Shown here: one piece after another, positions 13,045 to 26,450 of the stretch
Layout of the letters: each line of letters starts with the position of its first letter
How positions within the stretch are numbered: the stretch's first letter is position 1
Program-made: the position numbers and the translations under genes
DNA from: Leucoraja ocellata
Taxonomy: Eukaryota
Assembly: GCA_036785375.1 (NCBI GenBank)
Contig: JAWMAR010000433.1
Coordinates: 496,001 to 560,000 of the forward strand
DNA: 64,000 nucleotides
Direction of reading: 5' to 3'
The notes under the pieces: model-generated
Databases searched by the model: none
What the model was told of the DNA's origin: nothing
Seen by the model: the letters and a program-made list of their open reading frames with translations, nothing else

Positions 13045-13352
13045 ACAGCGCCGTAGATGGTAAAGCTGCCAACTCAGATTGCCTGAGACTTGGGATTGAT
13101 CCTAACCTCGGGTGCTGTCTGTGTGGAGTTTGCAACTTCTCCCTGTGACCATGTGGGTTTCCTCTGGGAGCTCTGGAGGAGCATCTATGGATCATAAACA
13201 TGATGATTTGTAGGTTAATTGTAAATTACCCCAATATGTGATGGGAGTGGATGCGGCAGTGGATAACATTGACCTAGTGTGAATGGGCGATCGAAGGTCG
13301 GCATGGATTTGATGGACCGAAGACCCTGTTTCCAGACTGTACCTCTCTCTAA
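13045..13352 (+). mobile_element. HE1/V-SINE-like SINE, diverged
   Basis: Degenerate tRNA head, core ggagtttgcaacttctccctgtgacc, cctgtttcc tail. Confidence 0.75.
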
Positions 13353-13424
13353 AATGAAAAAAAATACTCATACCCCACCTTGGGTGGCAAAAAGAATAAA
13401 TTGCAAAGTTACAATAATTTACTG

Positions 13425-13613
13425 TTTAAGAAGGAACTGCAGATGCTGGAAAATCGAAGGTACGCAAAAATTCTGGAGAAACTCAGCGGGTGCAGCAGCA
13501 TCTATGGAGCAGTATTCAGACTGAAGAAGGGTTTCGGCCCAAAACGTTGCCTATTTCTTTCGCTCCATAGATACTGCTGCACCCGCTGAGTTTCTCCAGC
13601 ATTTTTGTGTACC
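13425..13613. mobile_element. Short palindromic Penelope-derived unit
   Basis: About 53-bp inverted arms at 13458-13510 and 13562-13614. Hammerhead-like core at 13521-13548. TSD tacaataatttactg. Confidence 0.8.
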
Positions 13614-13813
13614 TACAATAATTTACTGCCTGCTCATTGCCCCAATCCTCCCTTTATCCATTCCCCAGTCTTCTCACATTTACCTGAGCACTGCTGGCAG
13701 CCAAACTCTGATTTGGTCCCATGAGCAGGCAACCCGTTGAGAGATGAGCAGGGCTGATGGCTCACTGAGGGATTGCTGACAAGTCCCAAAGCTCGACTTC
13801 CATTTGTTTACAG

Positions 13814-14442
13814 GTATCTCATCTCACTATAATAGTGAAAGGCTTGGATAGAGTGGATGTGGAGAGGATGTTTCCACTAGTGGGAGAGTCTAGGACTAGA
13901 TGTCATAGCCTCAGAAATAAAGGATGTTCTTTTAGGAAGGAGATGAGAAGAAATGTCTTCTCAGAGAGTGGTGAATCTCTGGAACTCTCTGCCACAGAGG
14001 GTAGTTGAGGCCAGTTCATTGGCTATATTTAAGAGGGAGTTAGATGTGGCCCTTGTGGCTAAGGGGATCAAGGGGTATGGAGAGAAGGCAGGTACGGGAT
14101 ACTGAGTTGGATGATCAGCCATGATCATATTAAATGGCGGTGCAGGCTCGAAGGGCCGAATGGCCTACTCCTGCACCTAATCTCTATGTTTCTATGTCTT
14201 TAGTCAGAGTGTGGTGAATCTGTGGAATCCTTTGCCACAGAAGGCTGTGGAGGCTGTCAGTAGATATATGTAAGGCAGAGATAGATAGATTGTTGATTAG
14301 TACAGGTGTCAGAGGTTATGGGGAGAAGGCAGGCGAAAGGGGGTAGGAGGTAGAGATAGATCAGCCGTGATTGAATGGCAGAGTAGACTTGATGGGCCAA
14401 ATGGCCTAATTCTACTCCTATCCCTTTTGATCTTATGATCTT
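13814..14442 (+). mobile_element. CR1 3' end with a second CR1 3' end nested at about 13958-14197
   Basis: Two successive gtggtgaatct.tggaa...gggcc.aatggcct units. The inner one ends in a ctatgttt tail. Confidence 0.78.
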
Positions 14443-15189
14443 GACTCTGCAAACGTGACCAAGCCCAACATGTGACCAAGTCTGCGTAAATATCCCAGTT
14501 TTTTTAAAAACATTGGTAGTAAAAGCTGGAAGTAGATAAGAAATGAGACGTGGTGTCAGGTTCTTTCATAGTATTTGGTTGTATAACTTGTGACTATCTG
14601 TAGAACACTGAGAAATTATACACCAAAAATCTGAGCTGGTATATTTTTCAGATTGTAAAATATATCACTTGGGATTAACAATAATCCTTCTTCGTTGAAA
14701 ATAAAGGAAAAGTTTGCATTAAACAGCATATTTTATGTTCCAATTTTTTTTTAATGAATAATGGAATACTGTACTTCCTGAAGAGTTGCAACATGGCAGT
14801 CAATTTACATATGGATAGGTCCCACAAACAGCAAATATGATAAATAATTCCAATGTCTTTTAGGTTACAGGACACGATAATCAATACATTCACCAGCAGA
14901 GACTGGTAGGGTCTAGATTCATAAATGTAATCAACACATTGTAAGGGAAAATATAAATTTAAAATTAGAACCACGCTATTCAAGGATGATATTGGAAGGA
15001 TCTTTTTACAATACAGTGGAAATCTGTAACTTCTTCCCAGAAGGCAGATCATTTAAATCTTCAAGTCTCAACACTAAACTTTAGCTTATTAAGAATATAT
15101 ATATTAAAACAGAAATAAGACAGATAAATTCAGTGAAGGTACTAATCTGCCGTGGTCTAATTCATTGGGAACATGCTCTCACAATAAAA

Positions 15190-16500
15190 AAAACTGTAAG
15201 AAAATCTTGGATTTAGATCCAGCAGCAGGGAAGAAAGGGAAGTCAGAAGTCAGGATAATGGATGATTTGGAAGAGATTCTACTCCTATGTACCTGGTCTC
15301 TTTGTCTTTCTTGGTAGATTAGGCTTTGGTGGCTATCGCTGGAAACCACAGGGTATTTTGTAGATGCTGTACACAACAGCCACATTGTAATGATGGTGGA
15401 GGAATTGAATGTTTAGATAGGTCAGGGGGGTGATAATCAAGCAGCCACTGTTGCCGGATGGTGTTGAGCTTCTTCGACCTGCAGTCACTCTGGTAAGTGG
15501 TGAGTATCCAATCGTGCTCCTAATTTGTGTTTTGTAGATGGTGAATGACCTTTGTGTCAAGAGGTTGCTCATTCAACTACGATGCCACGCCTCTCATCTG
15601 TTCCTTTAACAACACTCCTTATGTTGTGTTTCTGGTCAAATAGCAAGTCCTAGGATGTTGACGGATGGGGAACTTGGTCAAAGTAATGCCATTGAATGCC
15701 AAAGGTAGGCAGCTGGCTTCTCTATTGTTGGAGGTGGTCATTGCCTGGCACATGTGGCATGGGTGTTGCTTGATGTCTATGTTTTTGCTGCATACAAGCA
15801 TGGGCTGCTCATTTGCTGACGAATTGTGAGTGGAATTAAACAATATTGAACAATCATCAGTGAACATTCCCACATCTGACATTATGATGGAAGGAAGTCA
15901 TTGATGAAGCAATTGAAGATAATTTAGTCTTGGGCACTCTTCTGAGAAACTCCTACACTAATATCCTAGAGTCCGAGTGATTAACCTTGAACAACCACAA
16001 CTATCTTTTGTACAGGATACAACTCCAACCTTTGGAGTGTTTTCCCCATTATCCCTTTTAAATTGAGTTTTACCAGGACTCCTTGATGCCACACTCAGTC
16101 AAATGTTACCATGATGTCAGGGCCATCATTTAGACCATGTTTGTGGTCAGGTGTGGAGTTAGGTGATGCTTGCAATGCACAAATTGGGCATCTGTCAACA
16201 GCTTTCATTACTTTCCTGATGAACGAGAGTAGACTGATTGGGAGGTAATTGGCCTGATGGTATTGGACAGATTGTTGTGGACAGGACATAACAGCACAGT
16301 TGCTGGTAAATGCTAGTGTTGTACCTGTACTGGAACCTAGAGCTGGTTCTGGTGTGTAAGTCCTCAGCACAATATCTGGGATATTGTTTGGTCCTGTAAT
16401 CTTTTTTTCATATCCAATTCTCTCAGCTGTTTCATGATATATGGAGTGAATCAAATTGATGTGAATGTTGGAATTGCCCACCCCTCTTCTATTTTTCTGT
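15190..16500 (-). mobile_element. Old CR1/L2-group LINE RT fragment
   Basis: GMFTDDC and ANYLPISLLS...K.M remnants in minus-strand ORFs. Confidence 0.65.
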
Positions 16501-16623
16501 GACCTGGATCTTCCTGTGAGCTGCTCTACATCTGCTAGTGTGCATAGTAGTTGCACATTTACAGGCATTCAGAGGCTGAAGGGCAAGTCTAGATCAATAT
16601 GGCAACAGGGTTTTCCACATATA

Positions 16624-16763
16624 CAGTATTGAGTCTGAAGAGAGGTCTTGACCCGAAACATCACCCATTCCTCTCCAGAGATGCTGCTTGTCCTGTCGAG
16701 TTACTCCAGCATGTTTGTGTTTATCTTTGGTGTAAAGCAGCATCTGCAGTTCCTTCCTACACA
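16624..16763 (+). mobile_element. Short Penelope-derived unit
   Basis: Penelope-type terminal sequence. TSD tttccacatata at 16612-16623 and 16764-16775. Confidence 0.78.
16628..16669 (+). ncRNA. Minimal hammerhead ribozyme motif (putative)
   Basis: CTGAAGA at 16635, stem ggtc/gacc, GAAA at 16655, then C-ATC. Matches the minimal type I hammerheads known from Penelope-like elements. Helix I pairing is weak. Confidence 0.55.
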
Positions 16764-17592
16764 TTTCCACATATATAGTTGTCATGCGAGTGGGCCAGAA
16801 CAAGCCCCCTGCCCCGTCGCTCTGTGAAGTTGTCCATGAATCTTTGAAACAAGTAAAGCCATTCATCCCTCAAGCTATGCCGTCTGTCGAAGTTAACAAG
16901 CTCACTAAATTCCTGGATCTATCCCGAACAATCAAGATCATTTAAAACCTATTACAAGCCAATTAAACAATTAAAATAAATGTAACCCTCATTAACAATA
17001 TTATGAATATGTAATGGTGATATACAATAAAATAATTTTAAAGAAGAAGAACATCAATAGGAAAGACAATTTATTTAAAAATACAACTTTCCTTATTCCT
17101 TGCCTTTTTTCCATTGCAGCTATTTTTTACCCATTCAAATGAATGCTTTCCATCGTCTTGGTCAGGTCCAAGCTGGTGGAAGTTTTTTGTGCTGATTACC
17201 CAGCATAAGTCTTAGGAAATCCACCAAGTTTGCATTCCACTACAGTCTCCCTTTCATTGAATATAAACACATGTAATATACAGCACAGAAACGGCTAACC
17301 AGTTATGTCAGTCCTTATAATCTACTTTAGCCTCCTCCCATTCTTGCACAACCTTGTACTCATTTCAATCTCCATCACCTTAACTAACACTTTTATTACA
17401 TTTACACCATTCACCTCCCTCTGGTAATGAGTTCAATATTATCGCTGGACCCTGACAAAGGATGTTACATTGTCTAATGTGTATGGTATAACTGCTAATT
17501 TATTAGTTATGTTGTGTGTTTAATGTGGATGTAAAGCTGCAGCACAAACAAATTTCATCGTTCCAATCCTGTGTATATGATAATAAATCGTA

Positions 17593-17702
17593 GGTACACA
17601 AAAATGCTGGAGAAACTCAGCGGGTGCAGCAGCATCTATGGAGCGAAGGAAGTAGGCAGCGTATCGGGCCGAAACCCTTCTTCACACAGTTCCTTCTTAA
17701 AC
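17593..17702 (-). mobile_element. Short Penelope-derived unit
   Basis: Same family as 13425-13613. TSD ataataaatcgta. Confidence 0.75.
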
Positions 17703-18697
17703 ATAATAAATCGTATTTGACTCTCTGGTTTCCTGGTGACTTATCTTAAATGAATGGCCTTTCTTTTTGCTCATTCCTACAGGGACATTTGTTCAATGTC
17801 CAATCAAAATTTCAAAGACCCCCGATCATATTGTGTTATGATCCATTACCACAGAAGGCTGCGGAGGCCGTCAATGGATGTTTTTAAGGTAGAGATACAA
17901 AGATTCTTGATTAATAAGGGTGTCAGGGGTAATGGGGAGAAGGCAGGAGAATGGATGAGAGGGAAAGATAGATCAGCCATGATTGAATCGCAGAGTAGAC
18001 TTGGACTGAATGGCCTATTTCTGCTCCTATATCATGATCTTATGAACTTATGTCGGTCTTCAGTCTCCTTTGGCCAGAAGAAATGCAGACCCTGTTTATC
18101 CTCTCCTGAATGTTATCATTCTACACTACTCATAACATCCTCAGAACGATTTCTCTGTACCTTTAACCTTTATTAATGCAGTAACCCACTTCCCCAGAAT
18201 GATTTAAGCAAGGTTGTTATAAATGTAGCTTTAATTTTCTGTACTTTGATGCTAATCCTCCAGAGAAAATATTGATGTTTGGTTTCTATACTGGTTTCAC
18301 CAACACCAATTTTATCAACAAATGCATTTTTAATCCCTGGTCCTTTTCTCCCACAACCTCATGTCCACCATATTTTACAGGGATTGTCACTTTCTTATTT
18401 TTCTTCCTTGATCATAGTAATCTGATATAAAATGTGCTAATGTAAAACCCATTCTCTTTGAAATACACAAGAGTGTATCAACAGGGTGCGTATCAGAGGC
18501 TATTTCCTAAATGAGCTATAATCAAGAGCTATAAAGAAGACACTTACGAGTGAGATGAAGAGGGGATATAAATCTTTGCAATTCTATTCCTCAGAGGGAT
18601 ATGGATGCCAATTCATCATGTGCATTCAATGCTATGATTGATCCCTTTTGTTACATATTAGATGAATACATGAGGAGTGGGCAGAAAAGTGAACTAA

Positions 18698-19017
18698 TAG
18701 CCCTGTCCCACGATACGAGTTCATTCCAAGAGCTCTCCCGAGTTTAAAAAAAAATCAAACTCATGGTAAGCACGGAGAATGAACGTAGCGGGTACATTGG
18801 AGCTCGGGACGTCTCTTAGTGCTAACGGCAGGTACTCGGGAAGACTCGCTAACGGCAGGTAAGCACGGGAAGACTCGTGAAGATTTTTCAACATGTTGAA
18901 AAATGTCCACGAGAGCCCCGAGTACCGACGAGTGGCCATTAGCGTAAATCTCCGAGTTTGATTCAGGGCAAACTCGGGAGAGTTCTTGGAAAGAACTCGA
19001 ACTGTGGGACAGGGTTT
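18698..19017. mobile_element. Harbinger/PIF-like MITE
   Basis: TIR core ccctgtcccac/gtgggacaggg. Internal palindrome ttttcaacatgttgaaaa. Confidence 0.75.
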
Positions 19018-19341
19018 TAGCATGCAGGCTGATGTTGAATCCTATGTGGTTTACCCCTGCTTCTGGCATTTTGGTCATTTTTAACAGTCCTCCTCAGAGT
19101 TGTCAATTACCCCCTGATTTGGTTTTGTCTGCAAATTTAGAAATTGTAATTTTGATTCAGTGTGTCGGTTGTTAATAGTTGTCAACAGGGTTGGACATGC
19201 ACGTTTACACCAAAGAGTAGTTAACCTACAAGCAACACTAGGATTGAATACATAATGACAAACCAGAGATTCTTATTTTGAAATGATCAACCTTTATTGA
19301 GGTCAGGCATTTACAATCATTTATTGCAATGGCTGATGCAA

Positions 19342-19710
19342 AGGACAAAGGACAAAGGACATTTATTGTCACATACACCAATTGGTGCAGTGAAATTTGA
19401 GTTACCATGCAGCACATAAATAAGATAAACACAACACTATAGAATTTAACATTAAACTTAAAAAACATCCCCCACAGCAGAATCAACATTTCCCACTGTG
19501 AGGGAAGGCAGCAAAGTGCAGTCCACTTCCTCTATGTGCACCCGTGGACGGGGCCTATTGAGACCTCCGCAGTCGCTGCAAATGGCGGCCCGATGTTTCT
19601 GGCCCTCTCGCCGGAATGATGGAACTCCGGCATCGGAAGAACACTCTCAGCAGCTTGGAGTTCTGAATCGGCCGCTTCCTACCGGAGACCGCAGTTCCGA
19701 AAGTCGTGAA
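19342..19710 (-). mobile_element. 5'-truncated copy of the GC-rich Rex-tailed retroposon
   Basis: Reverse complement aligns with 3786-3917. Tail tgtgacaataaa followed by (tttgtcc)n. Confidence 0.72.
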
Positions 19711-19749
19711 TAATTTGGACTGAAGTACCTGTTTTCATGCAGAATAGCT

Positions 19750-19782
19750 AATTGAATTGAATTGAATTGAATTGAATTGAAT
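19750..19782. repeat. (AATTG)n microsatellite, probable tail of a short minus-strand Rex-type insertion
   Basis: Directly visible, followed by ctttattgtc. Confidence 0.85.
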
Positions 19783-19892
19783 TTCCTTTATTGTCATTCA
19801 GACCTTACGGTCTGAACGAAATTTTGAGATTTTTAATATCTGTATGAATATAATTAACATCTATAATAACAAATTCTGTCATAGAATTCTCT

Positions 19893-20303
19893 GTAGCAAA
19901 AACAGGAAGGCAGATTACTATCTAAATGGCGTCAAGTTGGGAAAAGGGGAAGTACAACGGGATCTGGGGGTCCTTGTTCATCAGTATGAAAGTAAGCATG
20001 CAGAAACAGCAGGCAGTGAAGAAAGCAAATGGCATGTTGGCCTTTATATCAAGAGGAATCGAATATAGGAGCAAAGAGGTCCTTCTGCAGTTGTACAGAG
20101 CCCTAGTGATACCACACCTGGAATATTGTGTGCAGTTTTGGTCCCCTAATTTGAGGACGGACATACTTGTTATTGAGGGAGTTTACAAGATTAATTCCTG
20201 GGATGGCGGGACTGTCATATGCTGAGAGAATGGAGCAGCTGGGCTTGTACACTCTGGAGTTTAGAAGGATGAGAGTGAATTTCATTGAAACATATAAGAT
20301 AAA
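19893..20303 (+). mobile_element. CR1 RT C-terminal fragment
   Basis: AVKKANGMLAFI and LYRALV.PHLEYCVQFWSP. Confidence 0.85.
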
Positions 20304-20305
20304 AA

Positions 20306-20670
20306 ATGGCACGAGTAAAAAAAGGTCGCCATGGAAAAAATCAATACTTTTTTTATTCGTAGGTTTAGTCGTAGTCGGTCATAGTAGGTCGGCATGTTAG
20401 TCATAGGTAATCGAGGGTCGTCGAAGGTAGTCGTAGATAGTCTTCATCAAAGTCGAAGGGAGGTCGAAGGAGGTCGTCTTCACTCTCCACTATTCGATGT
20501 CCAATTTTCCCGAAGTTAGTCATAGTTAGTCGTAGCTAGTCGAAGCTGGTCTTCAACATAGTCGAAGGAGGTCGAAAGAGGTCTTCTACAGTCGAAGGAG
20601 GTCTTCAACATGTCATTTTTTCAAACTCTTCTAAACTTGCCAATTAGGTTGCCCAAGTGGGACAGCCCCG
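20306..20670. mobile_element. Harbinger-like MITE, right half only
   Basis: gtcgtag/gtcgaag micro-repeats, ending gtgggacagcccc followed by TAA. Confidence 0.6.
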
Positions 20671-21414
20671 TAAAGAAGTTTAGTTGATCCAGTGTATTAC
20701 TGAGCCAGACTAACGGGGTAAGCTTTAGGAGGATAATTACACCCACAGCTGACATCACATGGATTCCTCTAAAGCAAGGTGAGCCACCCACCTAGCTAAC
20801 TGCCGGTTTACTATGGAGAAGCTCACAGAGTAGTTTTCCATGATGGATTTGCACGTTTAACGGCATATGTGGAAATTAAATTCAGCCTAGTTCATGACCA
20901 AATGTTTTGGAAGATATGAGCATTTTCTGACAAAATGCATTTTTATAACACATCTAAACTAATTATAATGTGCTGCCGGTTCATTTCCACTTCAATAAGG
21001 CAAGTAAACTAAATAGAGCTTCTATCCAAATACTTTGTTTATAGTGGCTAACCAACAGCAGTGACTGATACAAAAATATACATAGTTCTAAAAATTATAT
21101 ACAACACACAAATGGTACCCCAACACAATTTAATTGTTTTAATGATCCTAGGAGTAGCCTTCCTGAGCATGCCCTGCCATGCTACTAAGATTGTGGCTTG
21201 AGCCTGCATTCAGACTGCATCTTGGCCATATTTGAGACCAAGTATTCAGAAAAAATTACACCCTTAGAACTGTGGAGTATTGTACAACTGTAGAATTGTT
21301 TACTGGTGTAAGAGTGGTTGATAAAGCAGAAATTCAATATTTATGCCAGTTCACCCTGGTCCATTAAATCATTCAACAGTGTTATTCTGTCCATTAGCCT
21401 ACTTTTACAGTTTT

Positions 21415-21688
21415 TACAGTTTGAGTTGAAAGGAGAACGATTTAATAGTAACCTGAGGGGCAGTTTCTTCATTTAGACTGAGGGTGATAGGTGTATGGAA
21501 TGAGCTGCCAGAGGAGGTAGTTAAGGCAGGTACAATAATAACATTTAAAAGACACTTGGGCAGGTATGTGGATATGAAAGATTTAATGGGATATGGACCA
21601 AATGCAGACAAATGGGACTGGTTTAGATGGGCATCATGGTCAGTATTGCCCTGTTTCCAAGCTGCAGACTGTACGTCTCTATGACTCC
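21415..21688 (+). mobile_element. CR1 3' end
   Basis: WNELPEEVVKAG..FKRHL. Confidence 0.8.
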
Positions 21689-21807
21689 CAAATGAGTAGA
21701 ATAAAAAAGATAACCTGCACACACCACAGAAACCAAGAAATGAGGGGAAGACTGCTGCGGTGGTTGAAGAAAAGATCAAACAAGTCTCAAGGAAGCTTTT
21801 TGTAGAG

Positions 21808-21912
21808 CAGAGAGAGAGAGTGCACGTCAGAGAGTGAGGGTCAGAGAGAGTGAATGTGTGGGAGAGGGAGAGGTAAAGGGAAAGAGAGAGGGAGAGGGAG
21901 AAAGAAAAAGAA
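21808..21912. repeat. GA-rich low-complexity tract
   Basis: Directly visible. Confidence 0.8.
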
Positions 21913-22834
21913 GCAAATGGGTTAGCATGTAGGTTAGATTATGTTAAAATGTATAACTTGGAGAGATGATCTTCAAAAAAGTGAAAGGGTGTATGAGATG
22001 AGGCCTAGAAGTGTGTTGGAACAGAGGCGAGAATGATCTTATTGGGGTTGGGAGACCAGCAGATATGAAGGATAACAATAATATCAAAATATACAAAATA
22101 TCTTCTTCCATAGATGGTTGTAAAATAAGTATGGTATCCAACATGAATTCATGCTATGCACCATCCATTGATATCTTTGGAGAGAGTAAACAGTTCAAGG
22201 CAACAACCTTAACAGAATTGATGTCCAGAGGGATCTTGTAAATTCTGAGACTGTAAATTCTGGGCCATTGCTACATTAAGATGCATCGAGGAAAAAACAG
22301 ATATATGCTTTAGTTCCATTGGATTTACAGTATTTCAGGATAACGTGATTGTAATAGCACATTCTGGTTTCCAGTGAATAAATACTTTCCAAAGAAAGGT
22401 ACATCTTCAAAACTTTAAATGGAAATTATTAATTGCATGCACTTTTGGCTGGAGTAATTTGTGGACTGAAAAGATCAATGTATGAGTGCAAGCAGAACAA
22501 AAAAGAATTACTGATCCATGCAATTACAAGCCAGCTCAATTCTCCAGAGATGGAATCTTATAACTATTATAATTTCTGACTTTCTATACTTAACATATAA
22601 TGATAATTATCTATTAATGAAAATGGACAAGTCAGCTGAAGCAGCTTCATCTCTTAAGATGCACCAGATATATAAAAAAAGAACAGAAATAAAAATCCAG
22701 TCCTACTGCACAGTCTAGAGCCAAATTATCAACTATCCCTTGGCCTCTCCAGATGCTGCTTAATCCATTGCGGCGCTCCACCAGTTTTGTTTTTTGTTCC
22801 AGATTCTGTAATTTGCAGTCTCTTGTTTTTTCAG

Positions 22835-24225
22835 AAATGTGTCAAGAGTGCTTTATTGTCTTTTGCACCAGAAACAGAACAATAATTGTTTTACTTGCTG
22901 CAGCTTTACAGGAACATTATCCTAACGTCACAACAAATAAATAAACAATAATCCATCATACAATAAATTATCAGTTATAGTCGGTAACTCGGCCATATTA
23001 ATGCTAACCAAAGTACTAGTGCAATCTTAAATAAAATCCATAGAAGTTCAGTGCTGAAGTAAGGTTGTGGTTTGGGTGGTGCAATGTTCAAGAGGTGGCC
23101 AGTTGATGGGAAGAAGCTGGAGGTCAAGGTACTCAGGTTTTGGTGCCTTCTTCCTGATGGGAGCAATGAGATGAGAGTATGGACAGGGTGGCGTGGATAT
23201 TAGCGCTTCATATAGATCCGTTGCGCCGCTCCAAGGTGGAGCACGTGAACCGGACGCAGCCTACAGCGGTGGAGCAACGGCGCAGGACCCCAACGCTGCG
23301 CTTGGCCAGGCCGGGACTTTAAACTTGATGAAAGCGCGACATGGTGGCGCAGCGGTAGAATTGCTGCCTTGCAGCGAATGCAGTGCCGGAGACCCTGGTT
23401 CGATCCCAATTACGGGTGCTGTCTTTACGGAGTTTGTACGTTCTCCCCGTGACTTGCGTGGGTTTTCTCAGAAGATCCGAAATCTTCTGTTTCCTCCCAC
23501 ACTCCAAAGACCTACAGGATTTAATTTGCTTGGTAAATATAAAAATTGTCCCTAGTGTGTGTGTAGGATAGTGTTCATTTGCATGGATCACTGGCTGACG
23601 CGGACCTAGTGGGCTGAAGGGCCTGTTTCCATGCTGTATCTCTAAAGTAAACTAAACTAAAAAAAAAACAAATGGCTCCAAACCTGGCAGCGCAGCAAAA
23701 TTAATTTCGCAATCTAATGTTTTATTGCATATGTGACAATAAATATCCATCGAATCCTTGAACCTTTGGAATGGTGTGAGGTCAATACACATGATGGACT
23801 GGGAAATGTCCACAATTTCCTATAGCTTCCTTCATTCCTGGGCAATTGAGTTACCTAAACAGGCTGTGAGCATACCAATCAGTATGCTCTCTATCATACA
23901 GAAGTCCGTTAAAGTGTTTGCCACCATGCTGCATCTCATTAAACAACTGTGGAAGTGTGGGGTTGGTGAGTTTTCTTTGTGATTGCATCAACGTGCTGGG
24001 CCCAGGACAGATCTTCAGAAATACGCATGGCCAGGAAGCTGAAGCTGTTGACTCTCTCCACTGCCATCCCATCGATGAAGACAGGTTCGTGGATCCTCGT
24101 GACCCATTAACCTACCTGGTCAATAATCAGCTCCTTGGTCTTGTTAATGCTGACAGCAAGATTATTGTTCTAGCACCATGCAATCAGATTATTGATCTTC
24201 CTCCTGTACTTTGATTCATTGTTCC
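22835..24225 (-). mobile_element. Degenerate Rex1/Babar fragment with nested insertions
   Basis: LPSGRR...SSFFP (22975-23166) and RT-end remnants at 23770-24220. Confidence 0.65.
23334..23660 (+). mobile_element. HE1/V-SINE-like SINE
   Basis: A box tggcgcagcgg, B box ggttcgatccc, V core, (taaac)n tail. Confidence 0.88.
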
Positions 24226-26142
24226 CTGTTATTTAAAAAATCGCTTTGCAAGATCGTAGCGCTTACATATTATCACCTGTAAAGTGCTGTAAAGTGCGGT
24301 CCTATTCCGATACTGTGGCTTATTTCCTGTAGGGATGGACCTGCCATTTTTCGTTTGGACTGTAAAATGGAAGAGTGTAGCTTCCAATGCTTGGAATACC
24401 ACAATACTTCTTTGATGAATGAGAACCAGAGCTCGGTCAGTATAGAAATTCCATCAGCCTTGCATTTGCTGATATGTCTAATTGTTGGTTTTAGTGTGCT
24501 CAATGGGTTTGGCTTTTTGATTGCAAAGCAGATTAAAACATCCTTCAATCTAAATTAACTCTCCCAGGTGCACTTGAAAAACATATGCAACTTGATAAGG
24601 TTCAGTAACCCAAGTAGAAATGTTTTATGCTGGAAGAAATCTCCCTTTTTATAAAGCAGTATTTCATCAGCTGCAATCCACTCTACACAGCACAGGTCTA
24701 TAACAGACGGTGAACACTGTGATCTTGTTAAAAACAAGTCTTTTGTCTCCCCTCTGGAGAATGTTACTGGAGAGTGAGTTACTCGGTTACAAACGCTGCA
24801 AACATCATGTTGATGGTTGGGGAGAAAGCTTGCTGGTTCTGGTCTCTCTTTCCAGAGCTTATGAAATTACCGAAATATCAAAGAGTCAATTCTTTCTGTA
24901 CTAAAACATACATCAAAGGGCTTAATGATGTGCAAGTTAATATCAAATATTATCTGTTACTTAATGAGAGTGAAATTACCTTAGAATGATATTCAGGAGA
25001 ATTGCAAGTTACAGTAAATGGAAATACAGTATTCATGTATACATGTATTCATGCTATGCTTCATTAATTTCTTACAATTTCTGTTGAAGTTAAACTAATT
25101 TATATTTGTTCCAAATGTCAGATGGTATGTTGGCGACACTACAATAGTCTTTCACGATCTAACAATAGAAATGATATTGTAGTCACTGAAAAAAAGAGTA
25201 AATTTGATTGGTCGGTATTTTTGGCTTTGGGAAATAAAATGTAAACATTTGACTTTAGGATGGTACTTTTATTAAGACACAGAGTGAAAAAGGAGTGAAA
25301 TTGTTTTGCCAGCAATCAATTTGTCACCTCTTTTAAATTGAATCCATAATCCGGCCTATTTTAACTGAAAAGTCTCCAAACCGCAAGATTAGACCTGAAA
25401 ACCACTGCGAGGACATTTGGGGGCCGCTGAGAACGAGGACGGGCTTGATGGCTGACGAAAATAATGACCGGCCGAAATGAGGACCCAACGGCCACGTATG
25501 GTAGCAGATCAGGCAAAGAAGGGCCTGGCAGATTGTTGCCTGCAGGAGGAGCTCGGAGGCCCCGGAGTTTTGTGTTGAGGAGGGAGCTGCTGGTGACTAC
25601 AACATAAGGACTGGGGTATAGCCTTCAAGGGCGGCTGCAGGGGCAACCTCAGGAACACAGAGGCGGTCGGTAGGGCAGAAGGACGTCGGGTCATACGTCG
25701 GCAGCAGCCTGGGGCTTATGTGGATCGGGGATACTCCAGTACTTCCAACATGTGGACCAGACTTTGAACATTTGACTGTCTTTTGTCCTTGTAAACTGCC
25801 AAAATATGGCGATTGTACATTTGTGGTTGTGCTAAAGAATTACACTGTGCTGTGCATACATGACAATAAAGAAGCAATGATGACATTATTATGACAAAAA
25901 GGTGCATTACTTTTACTCTGGTAAAAATGGGCAGGCAGAGTTTTTGTCTGTCTGCTTTGAGAGGTCTGAGGTGTGGTTGTCCTTGGAGCAACAAGGAACA
26001 GATGTCTAACGAGGCATCCCAGGCTCATCAGAGAATTGGACTGAAACTGTTTCAAGAGAGTGGTTACATTTGGAGAGTGACCTAAAGGGACTCATTCAGG
26101 AATAAGGAGACTTGGAAAAGGATGGATTAGAAATGGGAAAAA

Positions 26143-26450
26143 TTGAGTTTAGTTTATTGTCACGTGTACCGAGATACAGTGAAATGTTTTTGGTGCATGC
26201 TATCCAGTCGGCAATTACAATCGAGCCACCCACAGGGTACAGAAACATGATAAAGGGAATTACGTAAAAAACAATGAGTGCAAGATAAAGTCCAGTAAAG
26301 TCCAATCACAGATATTCCTGAGGTAGATAGTAGCTCAGGACTGCTCTCTAGTTGTTGGTGGGATGGTTCAGTTGCCTGATAATAGCTGGGAAAAACTAGC
26401 TCTGAATGGAGGTGTGCGTTTTCATACTTCTGTACCTTTTGCCCGAGTGG
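26143..26450 (-). mobile_element. Rex1/Babar 3' UTR fragment
   Basis: gtttag tail and tttattgtcac. Closely similar to 27760-28100. Confidence 0.7.

Noticed and set aside
20360-20610. Short spaced repeats (gtcgtag/gtcgaag) superficially like a CRISPR array
   Set aside because: Irregular micro-repeats inside a MITE, with no constant repeat-spacer period and no cas genes, in a eukaryotic context.
23334-23410. tRNA-like A and B boxes, also at 29546 and 39620
   Set aside because: These are SINE heads continuing into the V core and LINE-like tail, not tRNA genes.
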